DNA of 64,000 nucleotides, filler included, from 15 parts of 15 records of this genome joined end to end with filler, not necessarily neighbours in it; one strand, 5' to 3'. Shown: positions 1 to 10,634, counted from the first letter of the whole stretch. Made by a program: numbers and translations. The notes: generated by a model not told the origin, from the sequence alone.

Positions 1-1063
1 TGCAGCCAACCGGTACGATGCGTTCATGGACTCGTCCGTGGCCTTCTGGGCGCTCGATTTGGACCGGTACATCACGTCGCTCCAGGCGGACCAGGTGCCG
101 TTTCTGGTACTCAGCTGGCGGGACAATACCGGGTACTCGTACTATTCGCTGATCCTGCACGGGCCGCACACCCAGGTGGTGGTCGAGCTGATCTCGAGCC
201 AGAAGCCCGGCACGATCCCCGAGAGCAGGCTGGTTCCCGACCCGACTGTGCGGTACACCTCAGGGATCTTCTACGAGATGGGCGTGGGCCCGAAAGGGGC
301 GTACCCAGCCGCCCCCAACCGGATGCGGCCGCTGTGCGTGTCCAAGGCAACCTCCGACATGGACGAGGTCACCAGGTTCTACGAGCAGGCGCTGTTTGCC
401 TCACAGGAGTGGAACGTGAGCTATGCTGACGGCACCCGGATCTCGTATTGGAACCCTGGGTTTGCTTCAATGGCCGACAAGATGCAGGTGAGGTTTGTCC
501 AACGGAACGCCAGTTGGACCTCGGCTAGTCTGAGCGTGGCGGAGCTCGAGCAGTGGAAGTTTTCAGGGCACAAGATGGTGGCGAACATGCACAATAGCTC
601 AGCCAACACGATCTGTGGATTCGATAAGTGGTATGACAATCACTATGGGATCGACGGCAGCCAGACCAGCCTCACTAAGTACAAGGCCGCCTTCGACAAG
701 TACGACAACGGCAAGGGCTGGCCGTATTACCAAGCGTGGGGTGGAGCGCCTGGGCCCGAGAACATTTATGTGGTTGACCCCACTGGGGACGCAATCCAGC
801 TCGACTCGTCTTGGGATTATGGCACCACCCCGGCTGGAGTGGCTGGCGACGCGTTAGGCACCATGTGCTCGCAGGGCAACTGCAAGTCAGGTCAGCGACC
901 GACCCCGGTGCAGTGCTCTGCAAAGCTGGAGGCAACTTGTGCTGGGCTTTCTCTCAAGAACTCCAAGTGCTCGGATTGCGTGTATGACAAGCAGAACTGG
1001 GACAGCCTGGTCAAGGCTGGCTGCCTGAATGCGGATGTCGTCGGCTACTGTGTCGGCCAGTAG
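1..1063 (+). CDS. Uncharacterised protein, possibly glyoxalase/VOC-like, with Cys-rich C-terminus; 5'-truncated
   Basis: Open frame of at least 345 aa ending before an AT-rich 3' region; 'DEVTRFYEQAL' and 'NIYVVDPTGDAIQL' resemble VOC-fold segments; about 8 Cys in the last 70 aa. Confidence 0.55.
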   Translation, partial: AANRYDAFMDSSVAFWALDLDRYITSLQADQVPFLVLSWRDNTGYSYYSLILHGPHTQVVVELISSQKPGTIPESRLVPDPTVRYTSGIFYEMGVGPKGAYPAAPNRMRPLCVSKATSDMDEVTRFYEQALFASQEWNVSYADGTRISYWNPGFASMADKMQVRFVQRNASWTSASLSVAELEQWKFSGHKMVANMHNSSANTICGFDKWYDNHYGIDGSQTSLTKYKAAFDKYDNGKGWPYYQAWGGAPGPENIYVVDPTGDAIQLDSSWDYGTTPAGVAGDALGTMCSQGNCKSGQRPTPVQCSAKLEATCAGLSLKNSKCSDCVYDKQNWDSLVKAGCLNADVVGYCVGQ

Positions 1064-1473
1064 CCAAATGCACATGAATTTGCGAGTTGTAAATAGAGAG
1101 AGAGAGATTACATTTATTAGTAGTTGAGTAGGTCAAAAAGTTGTAAATAGAGTAACCATCGACGTAATCGACGCCGAACGGAGTACACGTGTAAGTTAAC
1201 TGCTTAGTACACAACTAAAAATTTCATGAAAAATTTAAGAGCACGTTAATCATTGGCCAATGTTCCCTTTAACGTATGATTGTGATCTGATTGACAAATG
1301 TTGTGGCTTCAAATGCACTTTATTGTATACAAGTATAATAATGCAATAATTTAATACTGTATGCACTCACGATGCAATCGACCTGTCGAGGAATGACTTG
1401 AATGACTGAACATGAATTATACCCGCGCTCTTGCCATAGGGGTGAGCACTGGGCTGGGGCATATGGCCGTCTA

Positions 1474-3141
1474 TCAACTCTTCGCGTCCTGGAATGCATT
1501 GACGTACTGATCAATCGACTCCGAGGGGAACCACTCCCCATGCACTGTGAATCCTACTTTGACAGGCAACGGTGCCTCGGCGATCGTCTCCAGAGAGCTA
1601 GCATCGGCCACCACTAGCCAGCTCTTGTCCATCAGTCCATCGAACGCCTTGAAAATCACCACCCCCTCTGTCTTGTCCTTGCTGCCTGGCTTGGGCACAA
1701 ACGACGCCTCTCCTGGATACCAGTTGGGCCGGTGCCAGGCCGCAGCCACCACAGGCTCGGGACCGCACAGCTCTGTACGCACAACGGCCCACGAGGCGAA
1801 TGCGGTGGACTTGTAAAATACGTGCTGAGCCCAGTAGCCACAGTAAGGCTTGCCAATGTCGGCTGGATGCAGCTTGAATAAGTCGTGCTCGTTCACGCTG
1901 TTGTTCACCGCCGGCCGACCAAACAGCGGCTGCTCGCTCACCAGTCCCCGGTTGGCATCCAGGTGGTATCGGGTCACAGTTGCATATCCGGGCGGCCTAT
2001 TCTCCTTGCCGGTGGCTGTCCTGGGCCAGGCGTCCCTCTTGGTCTTGCTGATCTGCACGTCCATACTGTACCGATCGAAGAACAGCCCGTCCTGAATATT
2101 GATATCCACCACGAAGCTTCCATTGCCTAGCGAGAAGGCGTTCACTGTGTGTCCATAGTAGAATTTGGGCACCTCAAACCTAACCACTGCCCGCTGCTTG
2201 AGCCCGTCGCCCAACGGCACTAGATACAGCACGTTGGTCTTCTCACGCACCGCGTCCACGAAGCCCTGTTTGAGCGTGCCGGTGGCGAACAGTCCCATCA
2301 AGTCGTAGTGGATTGGCTGCTGAATCACAATCGCAAACTCGCCCTCGTCATCAGAGTCCACGTATCCGAAAGAGTGCGCATAGCTGGCCTTGGAGGTCGG
2401 GATGCTGTAAATCGGCTCGAGTGTCCCGACGCTCTCCGCCCGCATCCGGTACAGCCCAAAGGACTCGTCGCCTGGCATGGCCTCCATCACCTTGCCTGTT
2501 TCGACCAGCGTGACCAAGTCCCCGTTCCGCATCTGGATCGGATGAGCCGTCCCCCCCACCATCTGCTGCATCAGTGGGGAGACCGCGCCCGTGAGCTTCT
2601 GGCACGGGAAGTCGGTCTTGCAGGTGAGCGAGGCAAACTCGGCCTTGCTCTCCAGAGTGGCCCGGTCCACCTCCACGAAGGTTGGGGTGTCAGACATCAC
2701 CTGGAACGAGCCGTCCAGCCGGCCCGGGAAGATGTTGACGTTGTTGTTGTCGTTGGACGCGTTCAGGAACCCGAGCGGGCTGAGCGCCGGCTCGCACCGT
2801 TGGGCCATGACGTTGAACGCGATGTCATCCTTGCGCTCGCACGCCGCCCGAAAGCCGGACTGGAGGAACTTGGTCTGGAACCGGACCCCATCCGGCCCGA
2901 AGCTCCATTGGTGCAGCTTGGAGAATCCGTCGAGCACGTGCGTCACGCACCGCTTCTGCTTCCAGCACCACTGGGCCGGCCCCACCTGAATGAAACGGCC
3001 CCGGACGTACTCGGGCACCGGCCGGCCTAGAAAGTGCAGTCGGTGGTTGGGGTCGTCGAACTCGTCCAACACATCCTCAAACATCCGGTTGTACCCCAAC
3101 TCCGCCCCCGCCGCCCCTATCAGGGCCAGGAGTACCGCCAT
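1474..3141 (-). CDS. Carotenoid cleavage oxygenase (RPE65/CCD family) with predicted signal peptide
   Basis: 555-aa intronless ORF; HVLDG, TAHP, YAHSF, HTVNAF, PGEASFVP, EGVV and FTVHG motifs, which include the four Fe-binding His. Confidence 0.9.
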   Translation of the reverse strand: MAVLLALIGAAGAELGYNRMFEDVLDEFDDPNHRLHFLGRPVPEYVRGRFIQVGPAQWCWKQKRCVTHVLDGFSKLHQWSFGPDGVRFQTKFLQSGFRAACERKDDIAFNVMAQRCEPALSPLGFLNASNDNNNVNIFPGRLDGSFQVMSDTPTFVEVDRATLESKAEFASLTCKTDFPCQKLTGAVSPLMQQMVGGTAHPIQMRNGDLVTLVETGKVMEAMPGDESFGLYRMRAESVGTLEPIYSIPTSKASYAHSFGYVDSDDEGEFAIVIQQPIHYDLMGLFATGTLKQGFVDAVREKTNVLYLVPLGDGLKQRAVVRFEVPKFYYGHTVNAFSLGNGSFVVDINIQDGLFFDRYSMDVQISKTKRDAWPRTATGKENRPPGYATVTRYHLDANRGLVSEQPLFGRPAVNNSVNEHDLFKLHPADIGKPYCGYWAQHVFYKSTAFASWAVVRTELCGPEPVVAAAWHRPNWYPGEASFVPKPGSKDKTEGVVIFKAFDGLMDKSWLVVADASSLETIAEAPLPVKVGFTVHGEWFPSESIDQYVNAFQDAKS

Positions 3142-3150
3142 ACTCGCCAG

Positions 3151-3250
3151 NNNNNNNNNNNNNNNNNNNNNNNNNNNNNNNNNNNNNNNNNNNNTTAATT
3201 AATTAANNNNNNNNNNNNNNNNNNNNNNNNNNNNNNNNNNNNNNNNNNNN
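3151..3250. other. Artificial contig linker (first of 14; the others start at 7528, 11534, 14733, 21350, 30551, 34369, 37948, 41778, 45797, 49712, 53342, 56455, 60894)
   Basis: Identical 100-nt cassette of N44-TTAATTAATTAA-N44, which puts stops in all six frames. Confidence 0.98.
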
Positions 3251-4868
3251 CGTCGCAATTGGCCTGAACTGCCAAATTGTGACGCCAATCTGCCGCACAG
3301 TCTGGCTGCAGATGGGGCATCCTGACCTTTGCAGTGCAGTGCGTTGATCGCAACCTCGCACACATTGCCAATACCGTTATCTAGGCTTCCAACCCCCCAC
3401 AGCACGAGTGCATTCAAAGCGTCGAATAGCGCGGCACGCACGCTGCCCGCAGTCTCGCGGGCCAGGGCCTCGACCACCGGAGTGATCACTAGCCTCAAGC
3501 CTGACCAGTGCTCGGCCAGCTCGACGCAAAGCTTTGCGGCCGCATGTCTGCACACCGCGCCTTCGACGCTGCCTATACTCTGCGAGAGTGCGTGCATTAG
3601 CAACATCGACGCCTCACTGCTATGGTAGCCATCAGCCCCGAGTGCGCCTGCGCACCGCACGAGCCCAGTGCGTGTTGCGACCGGTAATGAGGCAGCCTCA
3701 AGCCCCTCGGCAAAGCGCTGCAGCAGTACACAGGACAACGAAGTACCATTCTGTTCTAGTTCCGCACAGCTCAGGGCAGACAGCGCCTCCAGAGCAGCAG
3801 CCGCCACCTCCCGCTCCTCCTCCTGATCCTCGCTTTCTGTGAGGGCTCGCGCCGCGTGCACCGTGCCTTGGGCGATCATGTCCAGTGCCCGGGCTACTCC
3901 CGGAGTCACACACTCCAGTACCTCATCCTCGACCATCTCGCCGATCGCCAGCATTGCACTCACACACTGCCACGCCTGGCAGCGCACCTCTGCATCGTGG
4001 CTACCGGTCGCTGCCACCCGCAACCCGAGCCGAAGCACCGCTTCGGCCTGGTTGGGGTCACGATGAAACGGCCTCATCACGCATCCAGCTAGCCCTCGAA
4101 CCCCACTCATCAGACCACCCAGCAAGCCCTGCGGTGGCGAGTTGTGCTGGTGCGCTGCGTTTGCCGCCTCCCCGATCGCAGCAGCCAGCTCCTGCAGCTG
4201 CGATGGGAAGGTTGCCCCGTTGGCTGCGAGCGAATCATCTTCTAGGAAGTCACTTTCGAGCAAAGCACACAGGCAACGGATCGAGGCCGTTCGGACAGCC
4301 ACGGCTGGGTCTTGCAGGACCGCACGCTTGACCACCTGCAGGCAGTTACTATATACAGGCACCATCCGGCCGCCCAGCGACTGCATCAGCGAACTGGCCA
4401 GGTCGAATCCCAGCCGCCGGTGCACCTGCCGCCTGCTCGCCCTGGCCCGCTACAGCCGGCTGCCTCGGAGTGGTGTCCAGTGAGATCAATCGCCGCCTGC
4501 TGCAGCTCTGGCCATGCACAGTCCCGTGCGGCGCAGCACTGGGCCACTGTCTGCGCCAGCTCGCCGACCACGTGCAGCACACCGGCGGCACTGTTCGTCG
4601 CAAGCTGCTGAATCACGCACAGTTGAATCTGGGTGCGCTCGGCGTCGGAGAGCGAAGACCACAGAGAGGGCAGGCGCCACGACAAGAGCACGGCGCACAG
4701 CTGCTGCACGCCGGCCTCAACACCGGGGCGGCCGATGCGCGCGAGCAGCAGCAGGACAAGGCCGGGATGCTGCCACCGGCCGAGCTGGGCCTCGGCTGCT
4801 GCGCGGTCCGCGTTGTCCACGCTAGAGCTGCACAGGCAGCCCAGCACGCGGTCCAGCTCTTCCTCCAT
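3251..4868 (-). CDS. Importin-beta/karyopherin-like HEAT-repeat protein (importin-4-like); 3'-truncated; intron 4426-4463
   Basis: N-terminus 'RAAAEAQL...QQLCAVLL...LW..LS..ER..I' and 'WPEL' typical of the IBN_N domain; frame change repaired by a 38-nt GC-AG intron. Confidence 0.7.
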
Positions 4869-4915
4869 CGGGCTTCCCTGGGAGATGGCAGTTACCGTTA
4901 AACGGCGCGCCAAGC

Positions 4916-6991
4916 ATGCTTGGAGAAGGAAGGCCCTCCAACAAGTCGTTCGTGGATCAGCCGCCGCCGAGCAGCTACTCGTTCGCCCCGGCCGCCACCG
5001 GGCTGCTCGCCTCGCGCGGCTACCCCACAGAGGAGGGCCAACGCCCCCCGAGCTGGGCGCGGCCACGGACTGTCCAACACGACCTGCACTACCCTGCGCC
5101 CGAGCAGCCGGCCGAGCCGCACCTGGCGTACAAGGAGCCGTGCCGGCTGCACACCTCGCGCGAATGGGCCCGGATGGTCCAGCACACCCCGCTGGTCCGG
5201 CCTACCCGGGACCCTCGGGAGGTCCAGTCCCCCGGCCAAGCCCTCCTGATCGCCGGGCTCGGCTACCGCGACGCCATGGACGAGCCGCCGGTCGAGCGGC
5301 CACGCAGCCCTCGGCTGGATCCGCATTACCTGCCGAGCGAGTTTCACTTTCGGCCCGAGCTGCTGCCCGCCCACCACGACCGGTTCGCCCGGCTGCCGAA
5401 TGGCCATTTACCCGGCGAGGACCCGCCTGCATGCCCGGCGTTGGACCCAACTTACGCGGGACTGTGGGAGGCCGAGGCCGAGGCCGCCTACACTGAGGCG
5501 CTGCAGGACCGAGCCAGCAGGGTCCAGCGAGCGGTCGAGCCGGAGCCGGAGCCGAGCCGAACCTGGCTCACAGACGAGGAGGCGGCCATGGTAGCCCGGC
5601 GGCGAGCGCTCGAGGAAGAGTCGCGCGCCACGCGGCTGAGGGCCGAGCAGGATGCGGCGGCGCGTCGGCGGCTGGCAGAGGGAGGCCTGTACGAGTTAAG
5701 GGATCGGCAGGAGGCTCGGGTGGAGAGCGAGCGGCGACAGGCCGAGCAAGAAGCGGAGAGAATCCGGCGGCAGGCCGAGCAGGAAGAAGTGGCCAGGCTG
5801 GTGGCCAGGCGACAAGCCGAGCAGGAGGAGCTGGCGCGGCAGCAGGCCCTGGATGAGGCCGCAGCCAGCAGGAGGGAACGTGAGGCCAGCGAGGCGCGCC
5901 AGCGAGAGATGACAGCACAACGCGAGCAGCAGGCAGCGGCCGCAAGGAAGAAAGCGGCCGAGGAGGAGGCCAACCGGCGAGCCAGCGAGGCTGCTGCTGC
6001 GAAGAGAGCCGCAGAGATGGAGGCCAGGCAGCGCGCGAGGGCGGAGGCGGAGGCCGAAGTCAGACGGCGGGAGACTGAAGACGAAGCTGTGGCCCAACGG
6101 AAGGCGGATCAGCAGGCTGAGGCTCGCCGGCAGGCTCGTGAGGAAGTGCGGGCGGAGGTGCGGCAGCGGCAGGAGTCTGACGCAGCGGAGGAGGCCGCTT
6201 CTGCCAAGTGGAAGCCAGAACGGCTCGAGGCTGTGATCGCGGAGGCGGAGGCCCTGTTCAAGGCGTGCAGTCGGGGCGACAAGGAAGTGTGCGAAGTGCT
6301 CAGGCTCCGCCGAGGGCTGACCAGCAACACCACGCTGCGGGCACTGGTTGGTTCAGAGCCTGGATGGAAGCAGTTCTATGAGAGCCTGGCGGAAAACAGG
6401 CCGGAATGGATTAAGCGTGGCGAAGATCAGCGGCTGCATATCACCAAGCAGATGGTGGTGCAGCATTTTATTCGTTGCTACAGGGACATGGACCAGCCCA
6501 CCGGACAAGGCGCGAGTGCGTCCACTTCCAGCAAAGATGAAATCTCTATTGAGGTCAAGCGGCCAACTCCAAAGAGCAAGACCCCAAAGAGCAAAGAGGA
6601 TTTCGACCGGAATTACGACATGGACGCTGCCATCGCTAAGAGCTTCAGCCTCGAGCCGTCGCCTCGCAGCCCGCAGGGCAAAACTTCGCCTCGCAGCCCC
6701 CAGGGCAAGCCGTCAGTCAACCCAAAGTCAGAGCCCAAAACCAAGCCAGAGCCCAAATCGCGGGGGGGCACTCCGAGATCCACATTTGGCACCCCCAAGG
6801 GCCGACCGCCCACCCGCGAAGGCAGCTTTGACATGGACGGTGCAATCGCCAAGAGCTTTGGGGCCGAAGCACTCAGGCCGCTGTCACCAAAGTCGATGGC
6901 CAGGGCCCAGGAGGCCCCGCCTAGGTCTCGCTCGCCCAAAGGCAATCGGGTGACAAGGCGACCACCGAGCCCACGCTCACGTGACGATTGA
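4916..6991 (+). CDS. Charged coiled-coil protein with Pro/Ser-rich tail
   Basis: 691-aa ORF; E/R/A/Q-rich helix; internal repeats DMD(A/G)AIAKSF x2 and SPRSPQGK x2. Confidence 0.7.
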   Translation: MLGEGRPSNKSFVDQPPPSSYSFAPAATGLLASRGYPTEEGQRPPSWARPRTVQHDLHYPAPEQPAEPHLAYKEPCRLHTSREWARMVQHTPLVRPTRDPREVQSPGQALLIAGLGYRDAMDEPPVERPRSPRLDPHYLPSEFHFRPELLPAHHDRFARLPNGHLPGEDPPACPALDPTYAGLWEAEAEAAYTEALQDRASRVQRAVEPEPEPSRTWLTDEEAAMVARRRALEEESRATRLRAEQDAAARRRLAEGGLYELRDRQEARVESERRQAEQEAERIRRQAEQEEVARLVARRQAEQEELARQQALDEAAASRREREASEARQREMTAQREQQAAAARKKAAEEEANRRASEAAAAKRAAEMEARQRARAEAEAEVRRRETEDEAVAQRKADQQAEARRQAREEVRAEVRQRQESDAAEEAASAKWKPERLEAVIAEAEALFKACSRGDKEVCEVLRLRRGLTSNTTLRALVGSEPGWKQFYESLAENRPEWIKRGEDQRLHITKQMVVQHFIRCYRDMDQPTGQGASASTSSKDEISIEVKRPTPKSKTPKSKEDFDRNYDMDAAIAKSFSLEPSPRSPQGKTSPRSPQGKPSVNPKSEPKTKPEPKSRGGTPRSTFGTPKGRPPTREGSFDMDGAIAKSFGAEALRPLSPKSMARAQEAPPRSRSPKGNRVTRRPPSPRSRDD

Positions 6992-7718
6992 ATCAGATCA
7001 AGTATGTACGGACCGGAATCAATTGTACTGTACTTGGATTGTACTTGTACAAAGCTCCGAGCTGAGTAGAGCTTCTAAAGTTACGGTAAATAGTAGTAAA
7101 AATCAGTTTTATATAAAGAATCATACACACTGAGCTCGGTCACATACTTTACATGGTGCGCAAGTGAACATTTGGTGCTCGAGTCTATGAAGACATAGTA
7201 ATAATGCTCTCCTTGTTCGAACTCCCCGATGCGCTTGGCACCTACACTCAAGCAACCAACTAGGGCGGGGCACCTGACCTACCTTGCCACTTGTCGCTCT
7301 TTGACCGTCACTGGACCCTCAGCTCCCTGCACTAGAGCTCAGCACTCATATGCTCACTCCCGGATACCTCATCGTAGCGTCAACGTTCTACGTTCTAACG
7401 TCGAACTGCTACCCTCGTTCCCCTTGCGCCCCTTGGATTTGTCCTTGTCACACGGCCCTGCACGCTGCGGCTCAGCGAGGCCGACTGAAGGTGGTTTTCA
7501 CCAAATACTCTCCAGAATCGGAGTGTCNNNNNNNNNNNNNNNNNNNNNNNNNNNNNNNNNNNNNNNNNNNNTTAATTAATTAANNNNNNNNNNNNNNNNN
7601 NNNNNNNNNNNNNNNNNNNNNNNNNNNACACACCCGACCCCTGATGCAACACGCGCACAGTGGAGCGATCTAGGGACACTATAGTAATTAGCTTCAGGTT
7701 TAATATGCATTAAACGGT

Positions 7719-8090
7719 TTATACTCTACAAAGGTTTGGATTCACAAGGCCCGTGCGAGAACCCGCAGGGGCATTCTGATAATACTCGGCTTCGCTTCTG
7801 AGTGCTTGGATGCTTTGCTCTCGCTCAGCTCGCAGGCGGGCGAAGCTCTCAAACGCAGCTGTGGCCTCCGACTCGCTCACAGTGCGGGCGGGGAACTGCC
7901 TCGCCAACAGCCTTTGCAGATGTGGCAACCCGAAGACTGTGCCGGGCTCGATCATCGACTCCACGGTCTCTCTGCTGAGCGGCGTCGGAAGGCCGTCAAA
8001 CAGCCCTCGACTCGCCATGCCCTTCGGGGGCGGTGGGGTTGCTGCATTGTCGTGAAACATTTCGCTGGTTGGTTCCGCTGTCTCCTGGTT
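7719..8090 (-). CDS. Hypothetical protein, probably the 3' part of a gene
   Basis: Natural-looking frame (113 aa from ATG 8060) running into an AT-rich 3' region; frame is closed by a stop about 20 codons upstream of the ATG. Confidence 0.4.
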   Translation of the reverse strand, partial: NQETAEPTSEMFHDNAATPPPPKGMASRGLFDGLPTPLSRETVESMIEPGTVFGLPHLQRLLARQFPARTVSESEATAAFESFARLRAEREQSIQALRSEAEYYQNAPAGSRTGLVNPNLCRV

Positions 8091-8513
8091 GCGGCCTACA
8101 CCCTGCAGCAGTGTCCAATACTAATCGATGCGATTCTGGAAACCCACCCAGATTTATTTGCAACTGCGAGCGAGCACTACAAGCATGTGCTCAATCAGTT
8201 GTCCACTGCAGTCAGCTATGAGCAGTGGTTGGGTGTGGCTCGCAGCGTTTGGACACCATTTCTGGCACCGGATCCAACACGAATGATTGTAGCTACCATT
8301 CGGAGGGCCAGGAAACGTGACAAACTGGCAGCCAAAGCAGGGGAGCAGCCATCAATGCTTGCAGTACTCCCGGGCCCAATTATGATGCTTATCCAAGAAT
8401 TTGTTCGGGTGAGATTATTACCACCATTGTTCCGCCAATGTAGCTGGGGCTTGTTACCCGCAATCCAAGACCAACTCGACCTTATTCGGCATCGCCACCG
8501 TAGCGTCAGGTGA
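8091..8513 (+). CDS. Hypothetical gene fragment with F-box-like segment (MLAVLPGPIMMLIQEFV)
   Basis: Lower-GC coding-like frame that starts abruptly at GCGG 8091. Confidence 0.35.
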   Translation, partial: AAYTLQQCPILIDAILETHPDLFATASEHYKHVLNQLSTAVSYEQWLGVARSVWTPFLAPDPTRMIVATIRRARKRDKLAAKAGEQPSMLAVLPGPIMMLIQEFVRVRLLPPLFRQCSWGLLPAIQDQLDLIRHRHRSVR

Positions 8514-8529
8514 GCGTAACTATGTTTCA

Positions 8530-8710
8530 GCTTACTGATATGAGCGAAATGTTCCATGGTGCGAGCAGCTTCAACCAGGATCTGACGGAGCGGCTGGGAC
8601 GGTCTGCTGTCACTAATATGGGCCGCATCATCAGTGGTGTGAGCAGCTTCAACCAGGATCTGAGCGGCTGGGACGTTTCTGCTGTCACTATTATGAGCTG
8701 CATGTTCGCC
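8530..8710 (+). pseudogene. Two degenerate DUF285/PARCEL-type repeats
   Basis: 'TDMSEMFHGASSFNQDL...SSFNQDLSGWDVSAVT.MSCMF'; the first copy is scrambled by small indels. Confidence 0.7.
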
Positions 8711-8966
8711 ACCCCCACAGGTGCCCGTGCTCGCAGCCTGCTTCTGCCACCACCATACAATACTGCTTCGACACCCTTGGTTGGCCTTGGCGGGGGCCGA
8801 AGCTGCGTGTGTGGACCACAGCTGTGGCTCCCTGTATCTTGCGAAGAGACGTAAACTTACAACATAATTAAGTAAATGTACTTACGTAAACTAGATATCT
8901 TAAAAATTATTTATCGCTTGTGCAGCATGTTGTGCAGTTGCGCTTGTGCAGCAATTGATCAATTGA

Positions 8967-10634
8967 TCAATCGCAAGCAATTGCGGCTATTGCACCGGGC
9001 TGGTCGTCACTCGTCCCTGGCACCTTGTGGTTTGCATCCAGCAGGCCTGCTCGGAACATTGCCCCGCAGAGGGCGCGGGAGGCCTTGTTGGTGTTTTCTT
9101 TACTATTCCAGAAGTGGCTGATTCCCGACGGGTGCGGTAGCACGATTACTAGGCATCTGTCCACGTAGACTTGATCAAACAGCACGGGCTTGACAGGGAT
9201 CCACTTGACAAACGACTTGGCCACATTCAGCCCCAGCAGCACCGCCAGCGAGTACTCGCCCAACTGCACTCTGCTCGCCTCCTCGGCGGCTTGCTCGATA
9301 GGAAATATATCGCCGTCGCCTTGGTGCTTGGCGTACCCGGTGCTTGCTTCGTGCCACGGCTTGCGCGGCTTGCGGCCCGGGTGGTGGTTGACTAGATTGA
9401 GCCGCTGGAACCGCATCCACAGCTGGCTCACGCTCAGGCCGCACAGCTTGGCCACTTTCCGCTCCGCGAGCCCCTGAAGAGGCCGGCAGCACCATTCATC
9501 CATGCACCGATTTTTGCCCGGGGCCTGCCCTACAAGTACGCCACGCCGCCTGTACGGAGCCCGCCCGCCCAGGTAGCCAACGTACCAGCCGAGCGCGCTC
9601 CGGGCGGAGGTCTGGACCATGTGAGGCCAAAGCCAGCCCCATTCACAGAACACCAGGTGGGCTGACGCAGCCGGCATTTGGACAGAGTGAAACTGGGTGG
9701 GGCTCGTCCACCAGCCCCACTTCTGGACGTACTCCTGGCAGAACCGGACCACCGCCCGAGCCAGCCGCTCCGCCGCGCCCAGCCCGGGGTCGTCCTCCTC
9801 GGTCGGGGCTTGCTGAATCAATCCCTGAGCCAACAGCCAGCCTAACTGACGCCCACAGGCTCCAACTCGCTTGCCATTCGCCGGCGGGCCGGCCTCCACC
9901 ACCCCGCCGTGCGTCAGCGCCAGCATCCTCTCGGGCGGGGCACCGCCCGTGTCCCGCTGGACTAATTCGTCTACCGCGGCCGCCGAAGGCTCGAGCGGCG
10001 CCAACACTGCGACGAGCGCCTGCAATTCTGCCCGCATGCACCGCTCCGGGGAGGGCCAGCGGCGGAGCAGCTCGTAGAGCACCGGGTCCACCTGCGGCCG
10101 CGGGGCGCACCCGAGCATCAGTCCGGCCAGCAGGACCGCCCAGGGGTCCTGGTAAAGGATCTCCTCGAGCAGCCCAAATGGAGAGCTCGGCGGGGCGTCG
10201 GCCAGGGCGGGGTTGGGCTCGAGCGCCGGCGGGGTCCAGCCGTCATCGGGGGCCCACCGCCAGCCCTCGGCCATCAGCATTCCGCCCTGCATGTCCAGCT
10301 GCTGGTTCGGCTGCAGCACGCACAGCGCCTGTCGGTTGCTCTCTGGGGCCAGACCGCGCAGTCCGTTCCCAGCGGCCAGGGCCGGGTTGTCCCCGCCGAG
10401 CGAGCGTTGCGCCTCCCCGAAGAAACGGGAGCAGCCCGAGGGCAATGCCTCGCTCCGGCGCTCGTACGCCTTTTGGTAGTCGCGGTTGGGTTGGTAGGCC
10501 TTGCAGTAGCATCCATGCGCGCACAGGTGCCGAACTGAGCCGGTCCTGGCCAGCTCAGGGCATCCGTCGGCCCCAAAGAACCGGCTGACAGCGCTGCCCG
10601 CACACTGCCGCTTTGGCGGCGGCTGGTCGGCCAT
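8967..10634 (-). CDS. MBD4-like HhH-GPD glycosylase domain fused to a uracil-DNA-glycosylase-like domain
   Basis: 'SPFGLLEEILYQDPWAVLLA' and 'LLRRWPSPE' (MBD4-type); 'GVLVGQAPG', 'VLLG' and 'LPHPSG..HFWN' (UDG-superfamily motifs). Confidence 0.7.
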   Translation of the reverse strand: MADQPPPKRQCAGSAVSRFFGADGCPELARTGSVRHLCAHGCYCKAYQPNRDYQKAYERRSEALPSGCSRFFGEAQRSLGGDNPALAAGNGLRGLAPESNRQALCVLQPNQQLDMQGGMLMAEGWRWAPDDGWTPPALEPNPALADAPPSSPFGLLEEILYQDPWAVLLAGLMLGCAPRPQVDPVLYELLRRWPSPERCMRAELQALVAVLAPLEPSAAAVDELVQRDTGGAPPERMLALTHGGVVEAGPPANGKRVGACGRQLGWLLAQGLIQQAPTEEDDPGLGAAERLARAVVRFCQEYVQKWGWWTSPTQFHSVQMPAASAHLVFCEWGWLWPHMVQTSARSALGWYVGYLGGRAPYRRRGVLVGQAPGKNRCMDEWCCRPLQGLAERKVAKLCGLSVSQLWMRFQRLNLVNHHPGRKPRKPWHEASTGYAKHQGDGDIFPIEQAAEEASRVQLGEYSLAVLLGLNVAKSFVKWIPVKPVLFDQVYVDRCLVIVLPHPSGISHFWNSKENTNKASRALCGAMFRAGLLDANHKVPGTSDDQPGAIAAIACD

